Positions 1 to 14,384 of a stretch of 64,000 nucleotides of DNA are shown here, one piece after another (position 1 is the stretch's first letter; each line of letters begins with the position of its first letter). Below the pieces are notes generated by a model. It worked only from the letters and a program-made list of their open reading frames with translations. It made no database searches and was not told where the DNA came from. Position numbers and translations under genes: made by a program. The DNA lies in NCBI RefSeq assembly GCF_004010195.1, contig NC_057719.1, forward strand, positions 65,989,049 through 66,053,048, in the 5' to 3' direction. The stretch is from Chiloscyllium plagiosum. Its lineage: Eukaryota.

Positions 1-252
1 TGATCACACAGCACTGTCCCTTGATGTGAAGGGCAGTGTTTGTCACTGGCCACCCGGGTGTTTTCCTATCTTCCTGGTGGTGGAAATTGAATAAAGATTC
101 GTGCACTTTGTGTCTTTCACTGTGTCTCACACCTGCGTACACACACCATGGGTCCTGGGGATAAAATAAGCACTACTGCACTTAGGTGGTAGTGTGGGGG
201 TTAAATTTAAAAGAAAAAAAAAGTGAAAAGAAAAAAAAAGGAAAAAAAAATT
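1..252 (+). mobile_element. 3' end of a poly(A)-tailed retroelement (L1/Tx1-like)
   Basis: AATAAA at ~89 and A-rich tail at ~208-250; family assignment by recognition only. Confidence 0.45.
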
Positions 253-949
253 AAAGGTTTTTGTTAACCAATTAGTTGATGCTGGATGGCATTCTAAGTT
301 CTCTTTACTGTTTCTGGTTTGGGGATATAGGATCACACCCTGATTGTTATCCATTGGTCATCTGATGTATAAGTATAGGATCAGGTTGCCTGTGATGCCC
401 CAAATAATTAATGGCATACCGACATTTAATGCTTGGGGGTGTTACATACTCCTTCAGGTGTGTTTTCAGCACTGCGGCATTTAAATAGAATATCCAGAAC
501 ACCACCTTCCCACCTATCCCAAAGGTTCAACCGTAACAGAAGGTTGAAACATTGGAAATTTATCCATGTATGAGCAATTAATGACTCTCAAGCTTGGTAT
601 AAGCTCAGTCAATATCAATAATACTCTGGTATGACATAATATGGTTGGCAGCCTGTTAAAAGTTTTTTTTTAAAATAGGAAGGAGGGAATAATATCTTCA
701 AAGATATTATCCAGTGCACATCAGGGATATCCCACCACCCCCAGAAGATCGTTCAGTAAACTTCAGAGTATTCAGTAATCAGGGTGGAGGGTTACATGAA
801 TGGGCTGGTTGTGGTCAGGACCAATGATAACGACGATCAATGAGATTTTATCAAAAAGAGAGAGACAGAAATATGACAAAACAATCAGTTCCCAGATTGA
901 GGAAATCTACACCCATCGATTGCATGATAATTTCAGATAACCAGGGGCT

Positions 950-2060
950 TTAACCTGGGTGGAGCCATTTGGTTCTATGGCAGGGAAGGAAATCCTGAAT
1001 CGAGGGATTCAACTATGGAGTTTCGGGAAGGTTTTAGGGGCAACAACATACTCAAGAACTTTGGAGATGGGTCAGCAGTTTTGTAAGGAGTCATGTGTTG
1101 ATTTTCTTTCAGGAGAGGAGTGATGCCAGCAGACTTGAAGAGTGGAGTCCAGCAACCCGAGGGAGGGGAACCATTAACACTGTAAGTTAACATGGGGACT
1201 AAGAAGGGGCAGGCTGGTGGGTCACCAGGTTAATGGGAGTAAGATTGAGAGAACTGGATGTGGGTTTCTCAGAAAGGTTAAGCATGAAGAGAACTTGAGG
1301 GGCAATCAGTGGTTCACAAGATAAAGATATGAAGGATACAAGACAGAGGAGAAGAGTTCAAGAGGAGGGCATGCAATAAGAAAAAGAAGCTGAAGGTCCT
1401 GTTTGCATGTCAAGCCAAATCTGGAAATGGGGAACAGTCTTAGAAGACAAATTCGGGGCCTAGACATAATTTCTGTGATCTGGCAATCGATGCGAAATTA
1501 CTTGGTTGCCAAGTCATTTTATGTTGAACCTAAGTGATCCAGGGAAAAAGAGTTGTACATGGGGAATGACCAAGACGAGAGTATGGTTTTAATGGCGACT
1601 TGAAAATGGAGTTCAGGGTGCACTTAAGCACTTGCATAAAAGTCAAGCAAAATGGAGAGTCAAAAGGGTGACCTGAACAAGGGGGAGACTGGCAACAAGG
1701 AAGTCAGGTTGCTTCTCATAAACAAGCAGCAATGAGTTACCTTGATCAGCCTTTCAGAGAATGCAAAACAAGTAAGCTTATTTCAGAGTCTGCAACAGCA
1801 GCGGGAGTGTAGGAAGGTTGCGGACTGCTGAAAAGTTGGGGTAAAATTTTGGTACCTAGGAGGGAGACAACTTAAAGGAGACATGACAACAGGAAAAGGG
1901 TGTTCGACCTGAGGGAGTATTGTGGAAGAAAAGGAAAAAGAAAATGGAAACGGAACGTTTATATTCAGAACGGCAGTTAAAATGTGCACATGACTGCAGA
2001 CAGGTAAATTCAGGTTATGTAGCAATGCAGCTACTGAGCCATACTTTAATTGGAAGCACT
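950..2060 (-). mobile_element. Degenerate L2-like LINE remnant
   Basis: Purine-rich plus strand with motifs resembling the antisense strand of L2 RT; heavily decayed. Confidence 0.35.
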
Positions 2061-2429
2061 CTCATCTCAAAATGTGGTACTTGAAAACTTCAAATGTTTT
2101 TATGATCTGTAAATCTCTTTGGATGTTGTTGTTGTGAAAGGTGCTACATAAATGCAAGTCTTTCTTTAAATAAAGAGAGGGGCTCAGTCATATTAAACAA
2201 TAACAATATTCTTTATAATTCAGTAATGAATTGGCAGTCACTTGAGGAAGACCTTCATGAAGTTAGATCTCATAAATAGTAAAGATGGATTATGCTATAC
2301 TCTGTACGTCACAGATGAGTGAACTCATTAATATTTGTGACTCTTTATTCTGAATACACAGGTTTCACATTCCTGGAACTGTATATCTATAGTATGTTCA
2401 CCATATCCACAAAGTGGACAAATAAATAC

Positions 2430-2564
2430 CGTCATCATATCATCGCATTTCATGTCTGGTTCATCTTCATCCTCACTCTTGTTGTAAAATTTGCGGAAGA
2501 AATTGAAAGCAACCACTGTGTATAGATACACCACGACAGCCAGGAGGCCCACAGTCAGCACAAG
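2430..2564 (-). CDS. RYR3: RYR3 exon (135 nt), S5 and luminal loop: [45 protein letters not shown]
   Basis: ggcag acceptor, GTATTT donor, phase 0-0; the next (pore GGGIGD) exon is outside the window. Confidence 0.97.
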
Positions 2565-3239
2565 CTGCCCAAAACAAGAAGCAATGTTTTCAAATGAGGG
2601 AATGCCAATACTTAATCAAGAGGAAAGGCTCAACTTGAGCAAGGTCTGAACATTAGCTTAATGTACATGCAGAAATATACATTCTGTATCAAATATTACA
2701 CCTTCCCTTCCACGCTTTACATTGGGATGAATACTTATTTTAAAAATGGATCTTTCAAATGTTAGCCTCAGTAGATCACAGTTAGATTCAGCATCATTAT
2801 GGAAAGGGACAAAAAGAGGCTAGGAGATAGGAGCAGAGATTCACTGACCAGACTGTCGCATCCACTTGGTCTTAATGTACTCACAAAATACCTTTGGATT
2901 TTCCTTGATTTTACCGACCAACAGACTTACATATCTCTTTGCTTTCCTAATTGCCCTTATGTACTTTCTATACTCCACTAAGCTTCTTAAAAAAATAGTG
3001 ACAACTTTTGTAAAAATACCATCTCTGTCTCTGCATTATCTTGCCACATATACTTCTCTAGATTTCTCTGGGGATTCCAGAATTGGCAACACCACTTTTC
3101 TGTTTAATGGGGATGTGTCTACATTGTGCTCATAGCACCTTGCTGTGGAATTCCAGCCACTGACTTTCCTTCAAATGGCTGTGTCCTGACATCCTTTGCA
3201 AATCTTTCGGCAGCATTCTAAGGTTTGCCTCCCTCAACC

Positions 3240-5380
3240 CAGTCAGGATTGGGTCTATTAGAGACATATGCGGTAATTTGTACATGGAGGCAGAACATGT
3301 GAGTAGGGTTTTAAATGAGTATTTTGTCTGTGTCATCACAGAAAGGCATGATGCAGACTTTCAATTCAAAGAGGAGGATTGTGAAAATAAGCATAGCCAG
3401 GAAGGAGAAACTGAGAGAATCTGCAAACATTTATTCAAAAAGGCTATGAGGAATAGGCCACATAATGATAGACAGGTCAGTCTGTGGACCCTCTGCAATA
3501 CAAACACATCCTTCCTTAGATATGGGGCCCAAAACTGCTCACGATATTCCAAACGCAATCTGACCAGAGCTGTACACAGTGCCTGGTCAGTGAATCTCTG
3601 CTCCTGTATCCTAGCCTCTTGAAATGAACGCTTTCAGTCCATTTTTCAACACAACTGCAAACTAGTCTTCAGAGAATGCTAAACTAGGTCTCTTAAATGC
3701 TTCAGATTTCTGAAGACATTCCCTATTTAGAAAATAGTCTATGGCTCCATTTTTACGACCAAAGTGTATAACCTCTGCTAGCTTCCCCTAGCACAGAGAT
3801 CAAATACCACAGGCTCACAGATTTAAGATGATTGCCAAACGGATTTAGAGGGGGCATGAGGAAAATATTTTATCACACAGAGGGTGTTAGGTTTCTGGAA
3901 ATTGTTACAGTTTGGTAGTTGAGGTGGAAAGCCTCGACGTGTTTGAAAGGAATCTTGATCTGCATCGAAAGCATTGTAACCTGCAAGGCCACGGATCATG
4001 TGTGGGAAAAAATATACGACTAAATGCATAGTTAGTTTATTCAGCTGGCACAGACACACAAAACTGAATGGCCTCTTTCTGTGCTGTAACGTTTCTATAT
4101 TTATATGATCTATTAAAGGAACAACAGTTAGGTAGATATAAACTGTGCTCTCCCAATTGCAACTGTCCCTCCATCAGCATGTCCTTTTTCAACTGGAGAG
4201 AAATATGTACCCCTAACACTCAGCATGGAAGCTGTTTTATTCCCGATGTGCATTAAATGACCTGAATTTGAGTACACAGAATACAATTTCAAAGTTCACA
4301 GACAGAACAAGACTCACTGGTGTATAGCATGTGGGATTGTTGCAAACATCAGAAATGACCAGTAAAATGCCAAATGATAAACGTTTGCAGAGAAATGACG
4401 GATGAAGCTTATTACAAAAAAAAAGTGAATTAAAGGCAGCAATGTGAACAAAAGGGAGAAATTAAAAGTGGTGCAGGAACAGATAGAGCTCAAGTTTTAC
4501 ATAGAAAAGCTGTTAAAGTTGTAGAACAAGGCTATAAAATAAATATATTTTGTCTTTGGCTTTATAAACTTAAACAAAAGAGCAGAAGAATAAGGAGGTT
4601 ATGCTAGAGCTTCATAAATTACTACTGATGCACAAGTTTCAGTATTGTATTCATTCCTGGGATCACAGTTTAGAAGAATATAAAGGCTTTGGAAAAGGTG
4701 CAAAGGAAGATTGATTAGAATAATACCAAGAATAGGGGTATTCAGTTACATGGAGAGATTGAGATTGTTCTTTTTAGAGAAGCTACGGCTCTGGAGATGT
4801 AGCTGAGGTGCTCAAAGTCATTAAAGGTTCTGAAAATATGAACAAAGAGAAATACTTCTGATGACAGGAGAGTTAATTGTTATAAAACCATAGGATATTG
4901 GGGTAGAAATAGGCCATTCAGCCCAATGCGTCTGCTCTGCCATTGGATTGTGCCTGATACATTTTCAGCTCCATTCTCCTGCCTTCTCCCATAACCTTTG
5001 ATCTCCTTACTAATCAAGAACTTATCTATCCCTGTCTCAAATACACTCAATGACTTGGCCACTGCGGCAATGAGATCCACAGATTATTTACTTTCTGGCT
5101 GAAGAAATTACTCATCTCAGTTCTAAACGGTTGTCCCTTCACTCTGAGGCTGTGCCGTCATGTCCCTCCAACTGGTGGAAACATCTTCTCCATGTCCACT
5201 ATATTCAGATCTCTCAGTACTCTGTAAGTTTCAATCAGATTCCCTGTATCCCAAACTCCATCGAGTACAGACCCAGGCTCCTCAGCAACTCCTCATATGA
5301 CAAGCCTTTCATCCCAGGATCATTCTTATAAACCTCCTCTGAACCTCCTCCAATGCCAGCACATCCTTCCTTAGATACAT
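3240..5380. mobile_element. Mosaic of old CR1-type LINE fragments, both orientations
   Basis: RT C-terminal remnants (RLEYREQFWAPYLRKDV; VFETGIDKFLISKEIKGYG) and CR1-like 3' ends. Confidence 0.7.
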
Positions 5381-5654
5381 TATAATGATTCCAAGCCAGT
5401 TGGTGAAGTATGAAACCAGATTTTTGATAGGTTTATTTGCAGAATATGGCATTACTTCTGTCTGCTTCTTACCAGTGTCTCAATGGTCTCCTTTTGTAAG
5501 TGCTCTGAATATTTAGTCTTTGCCCTTCATCTGCTTATTGTAAGAAGATAATAAACATACTAACAATATCAGCACCTGGCACAATGGGCTGAATGGCCTT
5601 CTTCAATGATCAAAATATGGAACAGACTCCCAGATGCAGATGTTCAGATGAATA

Positions 5655-5926
5655 ATCATAAAATCCCTTCAATGTGGAAGCAGGCCATTTGGCCCATTGA
5701 ATCAACACTGACCCTCTGAACAGCATCCACTTAACTTATATATCCCTTGACACTACAGGGCAATTTAGCACGACCAATCTGCCTAACCTATACATCTTTA
5801 GACAGTGGGAGGAAACCCATGCAGACACGGAGAGAATGAGTAAACTCCACACAGACAATCGCCTGAGGCTGGAGTCGAACCCGGGTCCCTGGTACTATGA
5901 GACAGCAGTGTTAACCACGTCATCCC
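5655..5926 (-). mobile_element. HE1-type tRNA-derived SINE
   Basis: Reverse complement has GTGGTTAACACTGCTG and GGGACCCGGGTTCGACTCC (A/B-box-like) plus the body shared with other copies. Confidence 0.85.
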
Positions 5927-6078
5927 CAAATCTCAAATACCTTTGTAAATATTAGAATCTGCAACAGATGGGAGTTCTGGATGAATGAACTAAATTGGAC
6001 AGAATGTCTTTCTCGTCTGCAAAATTCCTCTTGCAATTTGAGGCAAGTCAGGCGCTATGATTTTTCTAAAGTTCTCAC

Positions 6079-6225
6079 CTGCTTGCCATTGTGAGTTACA
6101 GATGATAATATGGTACGGAGTGTTTTAAATCCCATAGCAATATCCAACAAGTGGGCAGCAAAGAAAAAGTTGTTGTAGTGACCCAAAATGGACATAGTGG
6201 TGTACCAAGCTAAGTACAAGAATGA
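6079..6225 (-). CDS. RYR3: RYR3 exon (147 nt), S3-S4 and S4-S5 linker: [49 protein letters not shown]
   Basis: ttacag acceptor, GTGAGA donor, phase 0-0. Confidence 0.97.
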
Positions 6226-9200
6226 CTGTAAAAAGAAAACAGAAATTTAAATATTAGCTGCATTAGAAACTTTTACAACCATTAATTGCCACAATTAAAA
6301 TGTTTCCATTTGTGTAAAATGAAAAAAAACTTGCAACTTGGATACAAAACACACCTATCAGTTTAATGAAATGCTGACATTAATATTGGTAGCAAATTTC
6401 AATCCTTGGGCAATTGCAATGAAATGACACAGTTCCTTAGGTCACAGCTGTATTTTCTTACCAGATATGTGGAATACCCAAGCGTCAGTTTCTATATCTT
6501 CCTGAAGTCAGGAGTTGAAGTGATTAATTGCCAATTGTTTGTTTTTTTCCCCTCAGTAAATTTGAATTTTTCATCTAGAACTCGATCCACAGAATTTTCC
6601 TATCACAGGAAGTGATTGGATTTGGTCATCATTCAGAGCCCTGGGAGAAATTTACTTTCCTGGTGCCCCTGAAGTTTTGTAGAGTGAACTGAGTTTTGGA
6701 AAGCTTCCAAAAACTTGCTTTGAGACCTCGGAAACATTGGGACACGTCTGCTGAGTGGTTGGGAACATTGACAATTAGGTTGAATGTTTTGACAGATAAA
6801 TGTCTTTACTAGATGTAGTATTATTAGTTAAATATATCTTCTCTGCTTTGGTTGATCAGCTATGTTCTGAAAAGATAAATTTCAGACCTTTACATTGTAC
6901 AGCATTGTATCAGTGTTGAAAACACATCTGTTTTGCTATTGTTAGAGGTGTTATATATCTCAAGAAAATAATGATTGGAAATGTTAATGTCTGGATCTTA
7001 AGTAATTTAAATGCCCACAATGCTTTAAGTTTTCAAAATGCATGTTTTACTCAGAAAAATGTACTAGCGCCTAAACAGCTTTAGTTAATAAGTCATCTGC
7101 TGTACTTTGGAAAAACATGATACACAAGTGATTTTTCAGTTTTGTCGGCTCCACTGTTTGCAATTGTATGGGTTAATTAAAACATCTGAGCCTGTTGTGA
7201 ATGTTGAGCTTAGCATCAGATGGCAAGAAGCACATATCTCAGCAAGGGGTTATTTCTATAGTTTGACAGTTTCAATAGATTATTAAAGGATTAATCATCT
7301 TTGAATGATTGCGTTTTTGAATGACAAGTTTATTAGTTTGCTTGAGACATATTTTTCAAAAGACTTTGAATTAATTCATGAGGTACATAATAGATTTGGG
7401 TGGATAGCTATGGAGGATATAGTTGAGATATAAGAGGGAGTGAAGGAGGCATAGGTGCTGGTGGGGAGAGAAGGATAAGCATTGAAGGGGAGAGTGTATG
7501 AATGATGTTGGAGAGTTGTTCTGAAGTATCAGGGAACCAAGCCAAGCCAAGCTTTGTAAAAACCCTAAACCTGCACAGCTTCAGTACTACCTCTGTAGTT
7601 GGGTAACTGGAATCCTGCCTGCCCACATCTCCAGGAGACAAAATTAAGTTGAGACAGGCACAGCAGACTGGCTTGAGTTTCCAAAGTCAGGAAAAAACAA
7701 GACTTGCATTTCCTGAACCTCCTCAAACAAAGCAGAATTCTGTTCCGTTCTTCCAAATCAATCAAACTTTGAATGTCATACTTTTAACTGGCTCAAAGAA
7801 ACTGAGACAAATAATAAGTTTTTCTTCTAAAGTACTGTCAATGCTGGTCAACTGAATTACTGAAAATACTCAGCAGCTCAGGCAGAATCTGTGGAGAGGA
7901 ACAGAGCCAATGCTTTACATCGATGAGCTTTCATCATAAATGAGAAAGATAAAACGGTGAGTGGGATGAGGCATAAAGAGCAAAAAGGATGGTTTTGGAT
8001 AAGGATACAAAACACCTCTCTTGTCATTTAGTCACTCCTGTATTCCATCCAATTATAGTTCTTTCTTTTTGTTTTTATTTTCGCTCTCAACCCATTCTCT
8101 GCCTCTGTTGTTACTTTAGAGGGAGTTCATGTGATACAGTGGGTAGCATCCTTACATCTGACTCATGAGATCCAGATTCAAGTCCAACAAGACCTCATGG
8201 CCATGGAATGTGTGTTCTTAATATGGCCAAACAAGTATTATAAATGGTTCACCTCAAGTTTTAGCCACTGTTTTGAGGCTATCAATCTGCTCCAGAAAAA
8301 AGCTCTGAGAAACATAATCAAATGTTATCAATCTGTGATCATGCTCAATTTGATGAGTAAAAGTCAATATACTTCTATGGGTGTTAATGGAATGAATTGC
8401 TTTTAGACCTAGCTATTATACTGGAGAAAAAAGACGTTGTTATATCCTAACAAATCACGATCAAATCTTCTACATATAATCAGTTGCAAGGTCCTGTGAT
8501 TTCACAATACACTGAAATGCACACAAATTTCTGCTATTTTTCTCCCAATGATTGTTTCCCTTTTCAAGTTTGCACTCTCAATATTTTCACCCCACATATG
8601 CCTCATTTGCCTCTTAGAAGGGTGTACCTTCTAAGTCCTTGATTAAAATCTTTAAAACACTTCAAACCTTTTCCATAACGAGTGAAAAGTCATAGATCTG
8701 AACCATTAACTACTCATCTCTCTGTAGATACTGCCCGACTTGCTGAATATTTTCCAGCATTTTCTACTTTGTTTTCTGAAAGAAACAATTTGGAACTGTA
8801 CTTCAGCCAAAGAGAGGATGGATTTTAACGCTTCTGAACTAAAATTGTCACCAAAGGCAAACAAGATCAGTAAAGTTCATTACAATACTTACACCAATAA
8901 GAATACCAAAAATTATGTCATAAATTCTGGAAGTCAGAATAAGATGCAAAAAAAAATGGAGTAAGATGATAAGGAGAGACAAAGCAGAGGTTTTAGAATT
9001 ATAAATATTAAAATTTTGAAGTGCTCATTTTATTAACAGTACAGTAATTAAAGTTTCTTGCTATGAAAGTCCTGTAATAGTTCATTTGTAATGCTATCCT
9101 GTAAACTGAATTTTAGGAACAATATTAATCATTACAGAGTTTGGTGTCATAAGTCAACTGTAGCAGTCCAAGTGCAAACAGTATTGCATTTTAGTTTGGA

Positions 9201-9429
9201 AATTGTTGGATTGCTAAGTTGCAACATTAACGCTAAACAATATTTTATTCACATGTGGGTTGTGAGAAATCATGACATGTCCAACATTTCTTGCCCATCT
9301 CTAATTGCCCTTGAGGTGGTGACTGTTGCAGTCCAGGTGGTCGATGTACACCTGTAGGAAAAGAGTTTTAAGGTTTTGACCCAGCTACAGTGAGGCAATG
9401 ACAAGATAGTTCCGCATCACGATGGTGAG

Positions 9430-9665
9430 TAATCACATGACACCAGGTTATAATCTAGTGGGTTTATTTGAAAACACTAGCTTTTGGAGTGCTGCTCCTT
9501 TATCAGGTGTTAGTGAGAAAGGTTTTTTTTTTAGGTCCTCTCTTACTAACATCTGATGAAAGAGCAGTGCTCTGAAAGCTAGTCTTTTTAAATAAACCGA
9601 CTGGAATATAACCTGGTGTGTGATTTTTGATCTTGTTCAACCCAGTCCAACACCAGCACCTCCAT
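9430..9665. mobile_element. PLE-derived palindromic mini-element, family 2
   Basis: Inverted arms CACCAGGTTATA...TATAACCTGGTG; hammerhead-like core at 9553-9581. Confidence 0.7.
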
Positions 9666-10218
9666 GTCAAGGATGGTGACTGACTTAGGCCATGGAATGT
9701 GTGTTCTTAATATGGCCAAACAAGTATTATAAATGGTGCACCTCAAGTTATAGCCACTGTTTTTAGGCTAGCAATCTGCTCCAGAAAAAAGTGGAATTTG
9801 CTGGTGATGATTTTCGCATGATACTGTTTGTGTTTCAAAGTTATCGAGGCTGTGTATTTGGAAGCTTCTGCAAGAGCCCGAGTGAGTTACAGCAGTGCAT
9901 CCTGTAAATGATACACTCTGCGGTCACCTATCAGTGGTGGCATATGGTTGTGAAAATATAAGTTGGTAGATGCATCAAGTGGGCTGCTTCTCCTGAATGA
10001 TATTGAGTTTCCAGAGTGTTGTTGGAACTGTACTCATCCAGGCAAGTGGTTTACATTCCACCACTCTTCTGAACTGTGACTCGGAGATGGTAGACTGGCA
10101 CTGGGGACACAGGAGGGGAGTTACTCACCAAAGAATTCCTAGCCTCTGACTTGCTCTTGTAGCAACAGTTATAGGGCTGGTCCAGTTCAGTTTCAGGTCA
10201 ATACTAAACTATCTGTAT

Positions 10219-10408
10219 GGAGAAAGTAGGACTGCAGATGCTGAAGATCAGAGTCGAAAAGTGTGGTGCTGGAAAAGCACAGAGAGTGAGGCAGCATCCG
10301 AGGAGCAGGAGAATCTACATTTCAGGCATAAGCCCTTCCTGATGAAGGGCTTATGCCTGAAACATCAATTCTATTGCTCCTTGGATGCTGCCTGATCTGC
10401 TATGCTTT
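10219..10408. mobile_element. PLE-derived palindromic mini-element, family 1
   Basis: GGAGAAAGT..GGACTGCAGATGCTG start; inverted arms about ~10338; CTGATGA-A-GGGC-TTAT-GCCT-GAAA core. Confidence 0.75.
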
Positions 10409-11829
10409 TTCAGTGCCACACTTTTTGATGGTAACCACCACCAGTGGGGATTTAGCAATGGTGATGTAATTAAATGTCAAGGGGCAATGGGTTGTTTTTT
10501 TCTTGCTGGGCACAGACATTGACACTGTGTGACATGTATGCTTCTTACCACTTATCACCCAAGCCTAGGTGTGTTCTGGGTATGTTGCACATGGATATAG
10601 ATTGCTTTAGTATCTGAGAAGCTGTGAATATGCTGAACATTGTGCAGTCATCAGTAAATCTCTCCACATGACCTTATAATGGAGGAACGGTAACTGATGA
10701 AGCAGCTGAAGATTTTTGGGCCAAGGACCCTGAGGAACTCCTGCAGTAATGTTCTGGTTCTAAGATGTCTCAAATCACTTTCATCTTCCTTTGTGCCAAG
10801 CAAAACTCCAACCAAAGGTTAATTTCTCCCAATTCCCACTGACTCCAGTTTTATTCAGGATTCTTATTGCCACTCACTGTCAAACAGTGCTTTAATGTCA
10901 AGGGCTGTCACTTTCACCTCACCTCTGGAATTCAACTCTTTTGTCCATGTTTAGACCAACGTTGAAATGAGGACAAGAGCTGATTGCTCCCAGAGGAATC
11001 CAAGCAGAGTACCGGTAACAAGTTATTCCTTTGGAAGTGCTGCTTGATAGCACTACTGACAAACCCTTTCATCATATTGCTGGTGATTGAGAGGAAACTG
11101 ATAAGGCAATTATTGGTCAGGTTGGCTTTGTCTTGCTTTTTGTGAGCAGGCCATATTTAGGCAATTGTCCATATTGCTGAGTCAATACCAGAGTTATAGC
11201 TTCAAACCTTTTCTTCCCACTCCCATCACCCCAATCCTCCCGTCCCTCCCCCTCACTGTTTTGATTAACTACAATTTTGGAAAGGCTCTTTATGGTTACA
11301 CATGATCAAATGATACCTCAATGTCACTCCCAGCTCACCTCCTGAATTCAACTCCTCTGTTCACATTTGGACTAAGATATGATGAGGTCAGGAGCCATGT
11401 GGCCCTGGTGGAGCCCAAACTGTTCATTGATAAGCAGGTTATTGCTGAGCAATTGACACTTGATAGTACTGCAAAAGATATCTTCTATGATTTATCTAAT
11501 GGGGCAGTATTTGCCGGATTTGACTTGTCCTGCCTGTTGGGGAGGGGACTTGCTCCAATGTAATTTTTCACATTATTGTGTAGATTGTCACTGTCTGGAT
11601 CAGCCTGTTAAGGTTACAACTGGATCTGGAGCACAAGTCATTAGTAATACGGCTGTGATGTCTTCAGGGTCCACAGGCTTTTTTGCATCCAATGTTGCAA
11701 AGAGAAATCAAATAAATCATTATACTCAGACTGGCACATAAGTATTCTGACTCACTAAGTGGGAAGGATGAGCATATATGGAAAGAACGCATTTACATCA
11801 AATGAGTGATTGCATTTCTTTTGACTTAC

Positions 11830-11890
11830 ATTGTCAGTGAAGACAACTCCAAGCTTCCAGATATGATATTTTATATCAATAGAACTCAGC
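11830..11890 (-). CDS. RYR3: RYR3 exon (61 nt): LSSIDIKYHIWKLGVVFTDN
   Basis: tttttag acceptor, GTAAGT donor, phase 2-0. Confidence 0.96.
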
Positions 11891-12609
11891 CTAAAAAAAT
11901 AAAAATACTATTTTTAATGTTCAAACCTATTTCGAATTTTGATCTACATCCTAGTTTTTCTTTGAAGAGAAGCATTTTCTGTTTTCATTGTGAGTCCAGA
12001 TGATACTGGGGATAGCTCTATGGGCACTGGCATCTTTCTGCTTCCTCACACATGAAATCAATCTTGATCATCATTAATCCATGATGCTAACTGTTATAAA
12101 CGTGATCTATACTGTGGTTGGGCCAAATTTCTGATATAGGACATCTGGCACAAAGTTTCATGCAATGGATGTTCCTAACATCAATTGATCATAGAAGACA
12201 GCACAGACAGTTTTCAGTCTATTAACATTTACATCTGGTGTTAATATATCAGAACTGCTGGCTAGAGGTTGCCTGGGAGCAGGAACTGAAAGCAGTTTTC
12301 CCCAGTCTTGAAGCCACACTGAGCTAGATCTTGCTGTGAAAATAGTAGTGAGACTAATGCTATTAATGCACAAATCAGACAGCTACTTCAGGCTGTAAAT
12401 GCACGGTTAAACACAATAATCTAAAAGCTGCTGTTGGATATGGCACATTTTGAACAAAAATGACAGCTCACTGACTGGTTTCCTATTTGAATCATACAAC
12501 TTCAGTACTTATCCACTGAACTCGTCAGAAACTTAAAGGCTTTCTCAGCCTTAATATCCTTGACATCATTGTCGTGTAGATGGTAGAACATCATTGTCGT
12601 GTAGATGGT

Positions 12610-12990
12610 AGAGTCATACAGCACGGAAACAGATCCTTTGGTCCAACCTGTCCATGCCAACCAAGTTTCCCAAACTAGACTAGTCCCATCTGCCCTCGTT
12701 TGGCTCATATCCTTCAAAAACCTTCCTATTCATGTGTCTATCCAAATGTCTTTTAAATGTAGCAATTGTGCTTGCATGTACCAGTTTGTCTGGCAGACCA
12801 TTCCGCATATGAACCACTCTCTGTGTGAAAACGTTGTCCCTTTAAAAGATTTCTCCTCTCACCTTAAATATATGCTTTTTAGTTTTGAACTTCCTTACCC
12901 TAGAGAAAAGACCTTTGCTATTCACCTTACCTATGCACCTCATGACTTTTATAAACCTCTATAAGGTAACCTCTTAAACCCTCACGCTTC
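12610..12990 (-). mobile_element. CR1/HER1-type LINE 3' fragment
   Basis: Matches the 3' end of the 37846-39041 copy; RT remnant LRGYLIEVYK. Confidence 0.85.
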
Positions 12991-14384
12991 ACTGCCAAAT
13001 ATCTTCTCTGGTACTGAAAACTGCCTTCTATGCATATTGAGTCCAGTTCCTTTAGCTTTGAATTATTGCACATCTTTAAAAATGGAATGATGTTTTGGGA
13101 CTTTTTAAATCTAACTTTTGTTAAATCACTCACTCAATTCAACTATAAATATCTCCTTATTAGGGAATCACAAAATGGTCAAAGCAGAGAAAGAACCACA
13201 TGACTCATCAAGTCTATGTTGGCTCCCTGAAAGTGCTGTTTAACTTATCAACACCCCTGCTTTAATCCTGTAGCTGAGCATTTTTGTTTTTTTTTTGGTG
13301 CTTATCCAAATCCATAATAGAATGCCATTATTAAAAGCCATAATGGAATACGAGTCCACAGCACTGTCAGACAGTACATTGTAGATCCTAAATATTCAGT
13401 GCATAATAAAGTTTATCCTTGTGTCACATTTGGCTCCTTTATCAACCATTTAAAATTTGTGTCCTCTAATTCTCAACTTATCACTACTGGAAACAATTTA
13501 TCTTTATTTACTTTGTCCTGGAACCCCCAACCCTCAACATTGCTGTCAAAGCTCCTCTTTGCAAAGAAAACTAACTATAAGCTTCTTCAATCCATTCATA
13601 TAGCTGAAACTCTCTATCCACCAGTCAATTCTCATAAATCTTTTATGGAACCCTTTAAAGTCTTTCTAACATACAATGGCTAACATTGGCACAATTCTCC
13701 AACAAGACTGAATCAGTACTTATGAAGTTAATCATAATTCCTTTCTACTGTGTGCTTTTTGTTTTGTTCTGCTTCCAGAGAGTCATACAGCACATAAACA
13801 GACTCTTCAGTCCAACCAGTTCATGCCAGTCCCTGCTTTTATCATTACTTCACTATGCAAGCTGACTGTCTCTGGATGACAATGACTGCTGTTCCTTGAT
13901 ACCTCTTCCGTCTGATTGTAGTTGCTTCTCCTGTTCCTCCAAGGTCCTGGATGTGCTGTGGAGTACATTGCACTGTTTGTACCTCCTGCTGACACAAACT
14001 TGCCTTGCAAAACTCATGGGAAGTCTAAACGTCTAAAATCTAATAGTACTACCCACCAAAAAAATCTATCCCACAATGATTGATCCCAGGCTTCCTGGAT
14101 CCAATAGTTCAACATAGGAACGTGGGAGAAGGGAAATGCACTAGTCCGTCTGGCTTCACTTAAAGATAAAATTATAGAATAATAAAAAAAACTCCTTTGA
14201 CACAGCTGTGCTTAAAACAGACTTCTAAACTGAAATTAAATGCCTTGCTGCATTTATCACATTTGGATAGATTTCCCACATTAGTTAAATTAGAAAAAAA
14301 AGTCTATTTGTTGCTTATGTTAAGCCACCTTTTAGATCTCCTCTCCATGCGTAAGAGCTAACAATAGCAATAAATGTCACTTAC

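Larger units (their letters stand above)
9260..11740 (-). mobile_element. Old CR1/L2-superfamily LINE remnant, interrupted by PLE-derived palindromes
   Basis: Reverse-complement similarity to the plus-strand copy at 30700-31135. Confidence 0.55.
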
